Shown piece by piece: positions 1-11,553 of a stretch of 64,000 bases of DNA. The position numbers were made by a program, and so were the translations under genes. The DNA is taken from contig CAJINV010000002.1 in assembly GCA_905178155.1 (NCBI GenBank), positions 10,272,146 through 10,336,145 of the forward strand, read 5' to 3'. Within the stretch, counting starts at the first letter, position 1. Each line of letters starts with the position of its first letter. This DNA comes from Amoebophrya sp. A120. Its lineage: Eukaryota > Protista > Dinoflagellata. The notes under the pieces were generated by a model. That model was not told the DNA's origin, made no database searches, and saw only the letters and a list, made by a program, of their open reading frames with translations.

Positions 1-841
1 TCGACTGGACGAGGGTCGGCCAGCAGAACTTCCCGTAGTCGTCGCGGCCATAGCTCGGGGCGTGGGCATTGGCGGGGCTAGTTCGGTCGCGACAGAGGAC
101 TTTCGTTTCTTTTTCTTTTCCTTTTTGTCCTTCGCGTCAGAACTGCTGTCCTGAGCGGCCGAGGAGCTGTGTAGAGTTGTTGCACAGATGGACAACTACC
201 GTGGAAACTCAAATTTTTACTTCAGAAAGCACATACGTGTCACAGTCAGAATCCTGGCCACGATTTCGCACGAGGACGCAGTGCCTCTGCTACGCGTTTG
301 TTCACTTCTCTATTTCTTTTTTTGCCATGAATTATGCTACTTAACAATCCATGCATCTATTTTTTGTATCTATTGGTTCGTCTTCGACCCGTTTATTGCA
401 GTTGCACTACTAAAAACCGTCGCCCAAACTACAGCAGTACTACCGCTTCCCTGCCTGTGCCTGAATGGCGATCTGGTCCCGCTTCTTCTTTTCCTCGTCG
501 AAGACTTTCCGGTAGTGTTCGTCGCACGGGTGGTCCCAGACCGAGTCGCCGGTCTCGAAATTGAAGTAGAAGATCTCCCCCTCCTGCGTCTGGCAAGGTT
601 TCCACGGGTTGGGAAGCGGAGCTTTCAGGCCTTCCTTCGCGATCCAGAGGAGGTCCTTGTCCTTTTCCAGATCCATTCCCAGCCACGCGGCGTACTCGGC
701 AATTTCTTCCTCCGTAGGTTCGTAGTTCTCGTCCATTTCCTCTTCGAGAACAAGGTTGTTGTTCTGTTGTTGCTGCGGTTGCCCGGCACCAGCACCCCCA
801 TTCTGGTGCAGCGGCCCGCCCAACTGCTGTTGCGACTGCAT
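1..841 (-). CDS. CEP164-like WW-domain protein, 5' part; continues off the left edge of the window
   Basis: ORF 440..841 has LEEEMDENYEPTEEEIAEYAAWLGMD...LLWIAKEGLKAPLPNPWKPCQT..GEIFYFNFETGDSVWDHPCDEHYR, matching the CEP164 N-terminal WW region. A probable GT-AG intron at 167-443 joins it in frame to an exon (SSAAQDSSSDAKDKKEKKKKRK...) that is open to position 1. Confidence 0.8.
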
Positions 842-1900
842 CTTATTTCCCCTTGCAGACCGCAGGAGCCCCGGCAGCTTCCCTTCTGTTCCAACTAGCT
901 ATATGGTTTTCGTAGTTCCAGGTCCTCAACCTTGACGATCATACAAGACGGCTTGTCGATATTCATTGTTCATCTCGGCAGAAAATCATCTTCGGATCGT
1001 CGTCCATGGATGGATTTGAACCACGTCGCTCCTCGTTTCTTGATGCGACTCTGCATAAAGATGAAAGTCGCGATTACTGCTCCGCTGCGTAGGTTGGGTC
1101 ACGCGGCAACTCCTTGCATCTTGCGCCCTTTATTCGCTGCGCGATTGGTGAGAGAACCTCCTTTTACGAAGTGGTGCAAGATCCTTCTTTTTTTTGACAC
1201 AGCCACAGATCAGAGTTGTTTAACAAAGGAAAAAGATGAAAGACCGAAGAAAAGCAGACGAAGACTTCTTGTACACTGGAATTCTGTACTCGATGCAAGG
1301 TAGCTTCTCGTTTTCTCATGTGCAAGTGAGCTAACAGTACCCGCGCCGCCTCAATTTATCTGTCTCATCTCACGAGTTCCATTTCCAACATTGCCATGCA
1401 TTGCTGGACATAGTTCTTGTGTACGAAAACGCATAATGGTCGGCTGAAAAATACCGCAGAACCACCTCCCACGGCTGGGGGAGCTGTACATTGTGCTCCT
1501 GCTAAAAGTAACCCTACACTTTTAGTGTGCTTCGGGACTGAAACAAGGAATGACTTTGCATGCTTAGATTTCAGGTGCAATGTTCTGTTTCGGTGACGTT
1601 GGAACCGTCAACATCAAGGAAAGTTGTATAGGGAATTGGGGAATCGGGATCGCATCCTCCCTGGGATCGATCATACTCATACGCAAGGTAATTCTAACTC
1701 CACATGAAGATGAACGGATGAAACGGATGAAGCAAGAGCTTGGTAGTAATACTAGTTGAGTGAATAGTCTAAATCTACTTTAGAAACAGAATGCACAACG
1801 AAAGCCTTCTGATTCCGAAGAAGCGCAAGAGAAACGCAGAGTCAAAAAAAAAACAAAGTTCTCCCCTGCCGGCAACTCGATTGAGCACGAAGCCTTCGAA

Positions 1901-4900
1901 TTATTTCGCCCCATCCGCATCGCGTTTTTTCATTTTTTGCGCGGCTTGCTCTCGTATTTTTTTCCTTCTGTCTTCCTTGGCGTCCCCGATCATTCCGGAG
2001 TAATTATATTGCTGAAACCCGTTGCTTGTCAAGTCGGATATCGGTACCATCGAATTGCCCTGCGCGGATGTCAAAGACGTCATTGAACTGTTCGGCGGCT
2101 GAAACAGAGACGAGCCCACCATGCTCGGCATGTTTGACTCTGAAAGCTCGTCAATAGGTCGTGAGACAACTGCAGTAGATTCCTGCCCCTCGTCCCCGGG
2201 CTGCATTGATATCGCCTTCTGTGTCGTAGACGCCGTTGCTGGTGTGGCTGCAGCTACTTTTTTCTTTTTCTTTCCTTTTGTTTTGCGGTCACTGCTGTCG
2301 ACCTGTTCCCGTTCCTGTTCCACTGGCGAACCTGCTTCAGCAGCAACGACACCACCAGTTAGCTCTTCTGTGGTGGCGTCCTCTACAACCTCCTCGGGCC
2401 CACCGGTGGTTTTCTTGATCTTCTTTGGCAATGAAGTTTTGCTCTTCGGCTTTTTCGTCGGCTTTACTTTTTCCCCAGGACCAGTGCCTCGAGGCGACGA
2501 GTCACCTGCAAGAGAGCCCCCGCCGGAGGCTTCCGCTCGGTTATCCTTCTCGTCCAGCACGACGTGCAACGGAGTCACCGTGCCTACACTCTCGTGCGTC
2601 GGCCGCGGGCTTGTGCCTGTGGGCGGGCGCGGCGTCATCATCATCTTGGGCACTTTTACAACGTTTTGGTTCATCTGCTGGCGCTGGAGGAAACAGCAGC
2701 AAAAGCATTGCTGGAGAAAACTGGGTTCCTGGCTTTCCCGCTGCCGCTCTTCCTGAACCAATCCTTTCAGACGCGCCACCTGCTGCTCGCGCGTTCTTTT
2801 CTTCGCGAATGTTTTTACCTCAGTTTTCAGCAAATTCTTCAACTGATTGTGAGACACAACTGGCTTCGACGAAACCGATTCCGCCGGCGTAGTCGCACCC
2901 GCCGCTGACATCCGTGGTTGATGGTCTCCTCCTGCCGCTGCCGCGTTCTTTATAGAAGGCATTGGTACAACAACTGCACTTCCGCTAGTGCTACTTCTAC
3001 GCCTGCTGTCAGCCTCATCACCGCCCCCCGCCATGAAACCCAATGCTGCGGCCTCAAACTCTTTGTCGTCGGCACCAGCATCCATTCCAAGCCTTGTCTC
3101 TTTATTCTGCAGGAAGATCCGATCCATTTTCTCCCGGTCCTCGTCGCCCGCCTCGGCCAGCACCTCGGACACCTGGCGCGGTTCCTCGTGCAGCACCGCT
3201 TTGGCGACTTTTTTCGCAAACACGGGGGTGAGGCCCTGGAGCACGAAGAAACGCTCCGACTGCCCCAACTCCAGGTCCGCGCACGTGGTTGACAGATCCA
3301 GCTATCAAAATGAAAAAACCCCCCTCCCCATATCGAAACGCAGTCCGTGATGCTGGATTTGCGTACACAAATCAGATTTGTCTTGCTGAAGAGGACTGCA
3401 GGCCCACTGCAAGCTTGAGGAGCGAGGTTTTGGCGTAGGCGCTTAGCATGGGAAACGTCTGCGCTGTAGGCCAAACAGCATCACAAACCGCCTGCATAAT
3501 GCGGCGGAGCCTGTGGAGTTGCCTTCTTGCAGGACAGAGATGACTTGTGGTCGCAAATTAGCATTGCAAATTTTCTGCGACGTACCTTTTCGATATGGAG
3601 AGGGGGGATTTTTCCCTGCGATACCAGCAGCTGGGTGTTCAACCTGTGCACGTCGCCGGAGGTCACGTACTTCTTCTCCGCAACTCGTCGCTTCGTCCAT
3701 TCCGCCAGCGTAGCGTGGGTCTGCAAATCCCGCACGTGCTCCGCCTCCCCGAAGGTCGGGTCGTCGACCGTGAGCACCCCAAATTTCTGCAGAAGAGTCA
3801 AATCAGTCTCCGTCATGGCGGTGTCCGAAAGGTCAAGAACCTTCGCTTGTTCTTGGTCGGTGGACGAGATAGCAACAGCTTTATCTTTGTCTTGTTGGTC
3901 CGCTTTTTGTTGTTCTACCACGTGTTCTTCTCCCGCATCTAATGTGGAGGTTTCTTGTAGCACATCAGAGAGGGCGAGCTTTTTAGCAACCGCCGGAGAA
4001 AACCCGGCTTCCCGCAGGGCAGACTCGTAGTCGTCGGCCGTGAAGAGGACTTCCTTACCGGGAAGATTATCATGGGCCGGTTCAATGTCTAACTTCCAAT
4101 TTCCGTTTTCGTCGTGTCCGAACTTTTCTTTGAACTTCTGCTCGAACAAAAGCTGCAACTTTTCAACGGAGTCCACGTCGCCGTACGTTCGCAGCTGCTC
4201 CAAAATCTGCAAATCCGCGGTCGTCGGCTCGGCTTGTAGCTGAGAATCATCATCATCTGTGTGCCCTTCCACTGGTCCACCGGTGGATTTGCTTTTGTTC
4301 GCGCCGACAAACCCCCTCGTGAGACTGAAGCGCAGTGGCGCAGCAGCACTCCTATCGATTGATGGGCCATCAGACAGTGGGAGTTCTTGCGTCGTCAGGC
4401 CGTCGCCGACGTCCACCCTTGCGACCGCCGATGCCAGCGCCTTTGCGTAGTTTGCGGAGAGGCCCAGGGAAAGCAAGGCCATCTCTGCGGTCTCGAACGT
4501 GCAGGGTGGCAGCACCGGGCCCACGGTTTCTGCGTGCAGTGTGGGACCCGAGCGGGCCGCCCCTGCGCTCCCGCCAGAGACAAGGCTCGCGTTGGTCCGG
4601 CTCTTGTTCACGCTCTTGATGCTCTTCAGACTCGCACCCGACGTGCGCACCGCACTTTCCGCCGGCCCGGTTCGGAGTAGGTCGAGGGACTGCTCGGTAG
4701 TACCAAGGACGTGGTCGTGGTCCGCACCGGTATGATGAAGAATGCCCTCCTGTTGTCGTTCCGCAGCCGAGGCTCGTGCTGCAGTCCTGCCTGCCGGCAT
4801 GGCTTTGTCCCCCGCGATGAGAACCGGGGACTTTACGATGACAACCACTTTCGGCCGTCGCGCTCCAGCCGGCAGCACGGCGCGACGATCCTCCGCCTGT

Positions 4901-7900
4901 TGACAGCAGAAGCACGCGACCAGGACCCCTACCAGGACGAGAACAACGATACACACGGTAATCAACAGCAAAAGGTAACTGGAAGACAGCAGCTGCAGCT
5001 GTTTCTGCTCCCTCTCCGCCTCACGATTCTCGTCCAGGATGTGCTGTCCCAATCTTGAAAGTTTCCCTTTTCCGCCGCCTCTTCCTCCAGGGGCACTCAG
5101 CTCCGTGCTGTCGTCCTCCAGGTTTTTCGCGCTACCAGCACTTGTCGCGAATACTTGTTGCGCGACCGCCCTCTCGGCCTCGTCAAACTTGAGGCACCCC
5201 GGAAGCAGTTCGTCGGCCTCTTGCAGCATTTCTTCCAGATGAACTCCCTCTTCTTCGCTTCTAGTTTCATTCCTTTTCATCTGTTTTCTGATTGCGGGCG
5301 GGATAAACGGCAAACCCGGCGGAATCCGACCCAACGCAGGGCCGTATGCCATCGGATCGATACTTGTGTCGAGCAAAGGGTACGGATCGACTGCCGGGTA
5401 GTACGCCTCCCCCGCACCCGCGGCCCACTCGTGTTTAAAGTCGGTTCTGCTGCTTTTACACCTTGCCTCCGCTGCCTCCGCCGTGCATCTGTCGCTTTCC
5501 GAGGCCGTTGCTGTGCGATTCTGGATTTTGCGCGCCACTGCGTCTTCGTAGAGCGACCGGCCCGTGGTCGCGTCCACGAAGCTGCACTTCATGTGCGTCC
5601 AGGAGGGATAGCCGAGCACGAAGGCGAGGTTCGCGCAAAACAACCCGCGGGCCGGGCCTACGCCGAGCTGATACTGGGACAGGTCGGGGGCGGCACTCGA
5701 CGTAGATGCAGAAGTAGTTGTAGCGCTACTAGTGCGCCGCTGCGCGTCCACTGCAGCCTCCTTCATGTCAACGAGGTTTCCGGAGTGCTCGCCCGCCAGG
5801 TCCACTTGGATGCACGCCAGCGGGCCGGTGAGACCCCTGTTATTACTGCTTCTTTTCGCGATCTTCGGGTCCGGGATCTCGGGCGAAGACCAGTACACGG
5901 ACGAGGGGGCAGATTCAGTGTAGTTCTCACCGTCCTCATCGAGAGCCCCTCGCTTGCCGCCCAGGACGTCTATGAAGAAGCGCGTGAACGTCCACCCGGT
6001 CTCTTCCAGTGCACTAGTTCGCACGAAATAGGCCTTCCCGTTCCACCGTTTCGCCAGGGTCTCGTCGTACGCACGCACTTCTTCCACGGCTTTGGCCAAC
6101 TCTGCTCGACTGGCACTGGTCTTGCGCGGTGTGTAGTCCTCCTGCCCGGCTGAAGATGCGATCGCGGTGCTTGCGCCACTTGCATGAGGACTAATACTGC
6201 CGGAAGATGAACTGCTCGTTCCTGCTAACGGCCGGAGCACAAACACGAACAGCTTCAAAACGTCGAGCTCGGGCGGGAACCACTTCTCTAACAGGGCCAG
6301 CTTCTCGGCCATGTTCTCCTGCACCATCCCAGGCCGCTTCCGAATCTCCGCGCTCTTGGTTGTCCACAGCCGACTGCGCATGTACCGCAGCGGGGGCGCG
6401 TCGGTCAGTAGCACTACGGTGGATTCGCAAAAGTCCGCGGCTTGCAGGCAGTCTCCCGCGAGCGGCGCCGGCGGCTTCTTAAACGCGGTGCCGGGGAAGC
6501 CGCCGGCCACCTCCAGGTCCGCGATCTGGTCGAACACGTGGCGCCACGGCTCCGGCAGCACGCCGAAGAAGGCGAGGGCCATGGCCGGGGCCAGCACGTA
6601 GAACAGGTCCGTGCCGCCCATGGGGGTGCCCAGATGCCGCAGCCACAGGCGGGCGTGCAAGACGTTCGCCGCGGTGGCGGGGAGGAGCTCGAAGCTGCTG
6701 AGTTGCAGCGAGTCCGTGTAGGCCACGACCGCGAACCGGTCCGTGGGCTGCAACGCCTCGAGCAGCCCCGTCGCGGCCAGACACGCCTGCGCCCAGGCGT
6801 CGAACTGCCGCATGCTCTTCGAGCGGTCCAGGACGATCACGATGTTTTTGCGCTTCGGGGAGGTCATCCCGCCCAGGAACCAACCCGGGTGGTTATACTT
6901 CGCCATCGCGTTCTCCCGCCGGTCCAAGTCGACGTTCTCTCCGTCTGTTGAGTGGATGAAGTTGGCGTAATTCGTGCGCGCTTTCACAAATCCCTCTAAT
7001 TCATCCGCCTCGCTTGTTTCTCCTACATTGTTCGCAGAACGGTCTTGCTGGTAGTCCTGCTCCTGCTGGTGCGCTAGCGTTAGAAAAGAGGTTTTGCTGG
7101 GAGGTTTTGCGGGCGTGGGAACAAGTGGCTTGTGATGTCCTACATTCGACCACAGCGGCCAATTCAGTTGTGTCAAGGAGTGGTCCCGGGTTAGCGCGTC
7201 CGTGTAGAAACCCAGCCCGGCAGCGCCCTCGGAATTCTTGTTGGCACTGAGGATCGACTCCCGACCGTAGGGTGTGGGCGCCCACTTGCTGTCCTGCGTG
7301 TGGCTCACAGAATGCCCTCGCCCGCCAGAGTTTGCAGCCAGAAGACCATGGAAAGTGTAGTTTCTCGCCGCGGCCTGATGGTCAACGTCCGGGGTCTTAT
7401 CATTATTTTCGTCCGTGCTTAACAACGATGCACCTGTACGACGACCCTCCTCATCTTCGACAACGTAAACAAAGTTTTGCCCCTCGCGCCGCAAAAACCT
7501 GGCCATTTGCAGCAAACAGCGTTGCTTCTCTTTGTCTTTCGTGAAGGTCGTTGTTGCGGACGACGACCCCGGTGGGGAGAGTAAAACCTTCTTCACCTCT
7601 ACCCATCTGTTGTCCTTGGACGCTGAAGCTGCAGCCGCGTGCTCTTCGGCCTCTCGTGCGGGTTCTGCCTGTTCTGTTCTCCTTTGCGTGAAGCTGCTTG
7701 TTGCAGTCGATGTACCACTAGCAGGACTCCCCTTTGAAGGTGATGGCGTTGAAGTAACCTTCCATTCCTGCCAGGCTTTGTAATCCGTTGTCGCTTCTGC
7801 TTCTGCCGCCTTTCGTCGCTTCTCCTTTGCGTCGCTTCCGTACCACTCGAAAAGCACCCTGTTCAGCCTATCTTCCACCGTCGCACCGACGGCGTCCTCA

Positions 7901-8782
7901 GCAACAAGCAGGTCCCAAGGATCAACGTCTTCTCCTGGTCGATCCAAGTACGGATTGGCCAACACCAAATGAGTTTTGAACGCAACCGTCCGCTCCTTGC
8001 CGCCGCTTGCGTCCTTCGGCGCCAGTTTGGTGATGCCGCGGTGCTGCATCGTGTTCAGTCCCTTGGCAAAGTCTTGCTCCAGCTGGGGGTACCAATCACA
8101 CAGGTGCTGCGAAAACTTGCGTACGTCCTGCAAGTAGGTCTCCACCCAGTCGAGGTGCATATCAGCGTCCTCTGCAGCGAAAGATAAATTTTCGTTCGCT
8201 GCTTGGCTCTGATCGTCATTCGCGAGAGTCTTTGATGTTCCTGCGTCCCTTCTGCGGAGGAAACTGGTACTCCGCTTACTGTTTTTACTTCGCAACGAAG
8301 TCAGCCTATTCCGCGACAGGTCAAGAGATCTCTGGAGCTCCTGACGCTCTTTTCTTGCAGTTGGAGTTGCACTACTCGTCGTCGCACCTGTACTTAGTAT
8401 CCTCGTCGGTGAAAACGCGCGAGCTTTTCTCTGCAGCTGCTGCATCTGGCACATCTGTTCCAAGTGGCTGTTCACGATCAAAAGCGCCGGCATTTTCTCT
8501 TTCAGAACGACTCCCAGGTTCCGCCTCGCGGTCGAGAATAGCAGCGGGCTCCGCACTTCCTACTGAGCCTTTGATTTCCGTGACGGTTTTTTTCTTTTGC
8601 AGGAAGGAAATTGCTGCGGGGCTCATTTGCTCTCGCTCTGCCGCAAGACGAGAAACTTTATCTCTCGGCTGAACGGCGTCATCCTTTTTGCGTCGCTGCA
8701 AGATAGGCGTCAGACAAAGACTCTCCGGGGCTGCCAGCAAAAATATTACCAGCGCAAGGTAGTAGGTGTAGGCGTTGTACAT
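1901..8782 (-). CDS. Large single-pass membrane protein with an alpha2delta/CACHD1-like vWA domain (>2100 aa)
   Basis: GWFLGGMTSPKRKNIVIVLDRSKSM (DxSxS MIDAS)...LEALQPTDRFAVVAY and a TM segment LLLLITVCIVVLVLVGVLVACFCC. ORFs 3481..8556 and 1901..3268 join in frame (NTQLL|DLSTTCADLELGQSERFF) once element 3303-3623 plus one CCAGC is removed. The signal-peptide-like start MYNAYTYYLALVIFLLAA (ATG 8782) is in another frame, so the 5' structure is uncertain. Confidence 0.7.
3303..3623. mobile_element. Introner-like TIR element, family C (321 bp), TSD CCAGC
   Basis: CCAGC at 3298-3302 and 3624-3628. Ends are TATCAAAATGAAAAAACCCCCTCCCCATATCGAAA / TTTCGATATGGAGAGGGGGGATTTTTCCCTGCGATA. Homologous to 37944-38264 and the same length. 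Confidence 0.93.
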
Positions 8783-9612
8783 AGATAGCAAAGAGAAAAT
8801 CCTAGCAGAACGTCTCCGCGGAAGAAGGCTAAACATATTGCCCTTTGAAGTAGTGAATGGAGAAGGGCAGCTACATGCGATCGAGATGCGCTTTTTGCAA
8901 ATGGTTATGTAAATTTTGCAGAGCACAACAAGTGGATGAAGGGAGCGAGGGCATTCTTGCTGTTTACCTTACATTCCTTCTACGTAACCAATTTCGTATT
9001 CCCTGTCATCTTAATTTGTGTTCTTTTGAAAATTCTTGTGAACTTCATCACATCGCAGAGCCAGGAGTGGGAGGACCTAAGCAAGGAGAGGGCACGACAG
9101 GTGGCAACCAACACATGAGAAATATAGTCCGCACAGCCCGGCGCACGATGTCCATTGCTTTTCCGGTGGACTGCAGCAATGGTTTTGAACGACGAAAAGA
9201 TGAAGGGACGATTTTACGATTAGGAACTAATTACACACAAGCCGGATGGCAACGAGCTGAGTTCATTCGGACGATAAACGATGTGCACTACGTGAAGAAA
9301 CGACATTCGTAACGAAAACTTCGTAACTGCAGACTTGCTTCTTACACACACTTCGCTCCCGGAGCAAAAATCCATTTCGGGTGACGATTGCATGTGATTT
9401 CTCATATTGCAATTTCATTTTCTCGCTGGGGCTGACTCCCACCGCATATCGAACGACGCCAGCATGATCGTCCGCGTCGGCTTTGATTTTAATCAAGCAA
9501 CTAAATGCAACTGCTTGCTTCTGGTTCTGGGATAGTATTTATACAAGGAAACACTTTCTTCATTGGGCTTTTCTACTTCAAGTTCAAAATGTTCTGGTTG
9601 CAGGGATCATCT

Positions 9613-11553
9613 TCATTTCTCCTTGCCGCCCACATCATCCTCTTTCGCCCCGCCATAGTGAAACGTTTTCCAGTGCTCGAGCAACGTATCCACTTTGGAA
9701 GCGAAGGAAGGCGCGTCTCGCTGCAAAACTTCCCCGGTCTGGGTGTCTATGAGATCGCCACCATGCCAGAACCAGTTCCAGTTGTCGAAAATCTGGTCGA
9801 ATTGCGCCCTCGTTTTTTCCGCCGTCTCTTCCAACAAAAGACCATCCCCTCGTGTCCCAGAATTTCCACCACCACGACCTGCGAAGGAGGCTGACCCTTC
9901 TATTTTCTGCAAGACAGCGTCGCCAGCGAGTCGAGCTTGCCTCTGCAACTTTGCGTGTTCGGATTCGAGCAGATCGGCGATCGATGAGGTATCGGACTGA
10001 ATATTTGCACACTTAGCATCTTTCTCCTGCAGCTCTTTTTCCACTGCCGCGAATAATTTATCCTGCTCCGCGTCCTCGGCAGCGAGCATGTGCGTCAACT
10101 TTGCGACCTCGGTTTGCAGATCTGCCAACTCCGCGGCCAGGTTTTTTCTTTCTTCCGGGTTTAATTTCATATTGCTGCTCTCGTTCGCAGCGCTCCCGTC
10201 CCTTTTTATGCCCTCTGGAAGAGCCTCGGGCAATTGTTCTTGCGTGTGAATGTGATGATCCCTCAGATAGTGGTTAGCTTTTCGCTTCATTTCCGTCCGG
10301 GCCCTGATGGTTCCTTCGCTTGGGGCCGAAACTACATAGCCTCGCGCCAGAGTGCTCAGGCAAAAATCAATGTGCGCACAGGTGGGTGACGCCGGTTGCA
10401 GCTCGTCTTCCGGCCCAAGCTCCACCGGAACTACACGAGCTACTCGCGTGAGCGGTCTTTCGGACCTTGAACGGTTTCGCAGGTCCAGCTCCAGCTGCAC
10501 GCACTCATACTGCGATGCTACTTCACCTTTTTTGAAGTTGGAGGGAAGAAGATGCTTATCGGCGGTGGTCCTGCTGCGTGGTCGAATGCACCTCGAGTTA
10601 ACAACGTCTGACCACAGCCTTCCGATCTTTGGGCCAATATTTTTGCTCAAATGATTCCGAACCCTGCGACACTGCATCCTCGGGGGGTCCACATTCCTCG
10701 TGTCCTCGATCTCTGCGAAGGCCGAAGTCGCTCTGCCGTCTGCAATTTTACTTCTGTCAGTGGTCCCATCTTCTCCTGACCGCGCACCGGCCAGTTCTTC
10801 TACTTCTACGTCGAGGTGGTTCTTATCACCACCATCGGCCTCGTTCCGTCCGCTCACCCCCACCACCGACCAGCTCGGCGTTTCTGTAGCAGTTCTTGGC
10901 GCTTCTTTCGCTGTAATCATGTACCTACTTGTGCCCACGAGCTGCAAACATTCCAGCACCTCAGGACACATCGGACTTGGAGTGAAACTGGTAGTTGTAC
11001 TAGCTCCCGCCCCTATCCGCGGTTCTGTCGTGTGGACCGGCTTCCCGACAGTCTCCGGGTTCTGAAACTTCGCAACAGGTGCCATGGGAATGCATTCAAA
11101 CTGGTCCGCCTCCTCGCCGCCGCGAGGACCGCCGGTCTTTGTGCCGTCATGAAAGAACTTCCTGCGAATGCAATCCCCTGGATCGTCGCACCACAAGTGC
11201 TTTTTTACTCGTGGCGCGCGGAAAGAACGAGCCTGCAGACCCTGAAAAAATGTTGATTTTGTTGCCCGCGTCACTCCGCGCCCGGCGGTCGTCGTCTTGT
11301 GCAGCTGCTCCTCTTTTGCTTTGTTTTCTGTTGTTACAGCAACTTTTGCACCTCGCATTTTGCGATCTTTCAACATCGTACCAGGAGAAACTGTTGCGGC
11401 TACTAGACGCGGTCCTCCGACACTTTTTCCATCTTGAAACCATGGAAATTCCGGTGGTCTAGTGGAGTGCTGCAACATGGAAAAATACGACAGTGAGAGT
11501 AGGCAGGAGTGCCACGACGTCGCGGTCGCCGGCGAATAAAGTAAACTCCTCAT
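9613..11553 (-). CDS. Hypothetical, possibly secreted protein (646 aa) with two Cys-patterned segments and a coiled coil
   Basis: Long ATG-initiated ORF with a hydrophobic N-terminus. CIR...FECI...P.C...CL and CIR...YECV...P.C...CL occur as two repeats; heptad region LAAELADLQTEVAKL. No family recognised. Confidence 0.65.
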   Translation of the reverse strand: MRSLLYSPATATSWHSCLLSLSYFSMLQHSTRPPEFPWFQDGKSVGGPRLVAATVSPGTMLKDRKMRGAKVAVTTENKAKEEQLHKTTTAGRGVTRATKSTFFQGLQARSFRAPRVKKHLWCDDPGDCIRRKFFHDGTKTGGPRGGEEADQFECIPMAPVAKFQNPETVGKPVHTTEPRIGAGASTTTSFTPSPMCPEVLECLQLVGTSRYMITAKEAPRTATETPSWSVVGVSGRNEADGGDKNHLDVEVEELAGARSGEDGTTDRSKIADGRATSAFAEIEDTRNVDPPRMQCRRVRNHLSKNIGPKIGRLWSDVVNSRCIRPRSRTTADKHLLPSNFKKGEVASQYECVQLELDLRNRSRSERPLTRVARVVPVELGPEDELQPASPTCAHIDFCLSTLARGYVVSAPSEGTIRARTEMKRKANHYLRDHHIHTQEQLPEALPEGIKRDGSAANESSNMKLNPEERKNLAAELADLQTEVAKLTHMLAAEDAEQDKLFAAVEKELQEKDAKCANIQSDTSSIADLLESEHAKLQRQARLAGDAVLQKIEGSASFAGRGGGNSGTRGDGLLLEETAEKTRAQFDQIFDNWNWFWHGGDLIDTQTGEVLQRDAPSFASKVDTLLEHWKTFHYGGAKEDDVGGKEK

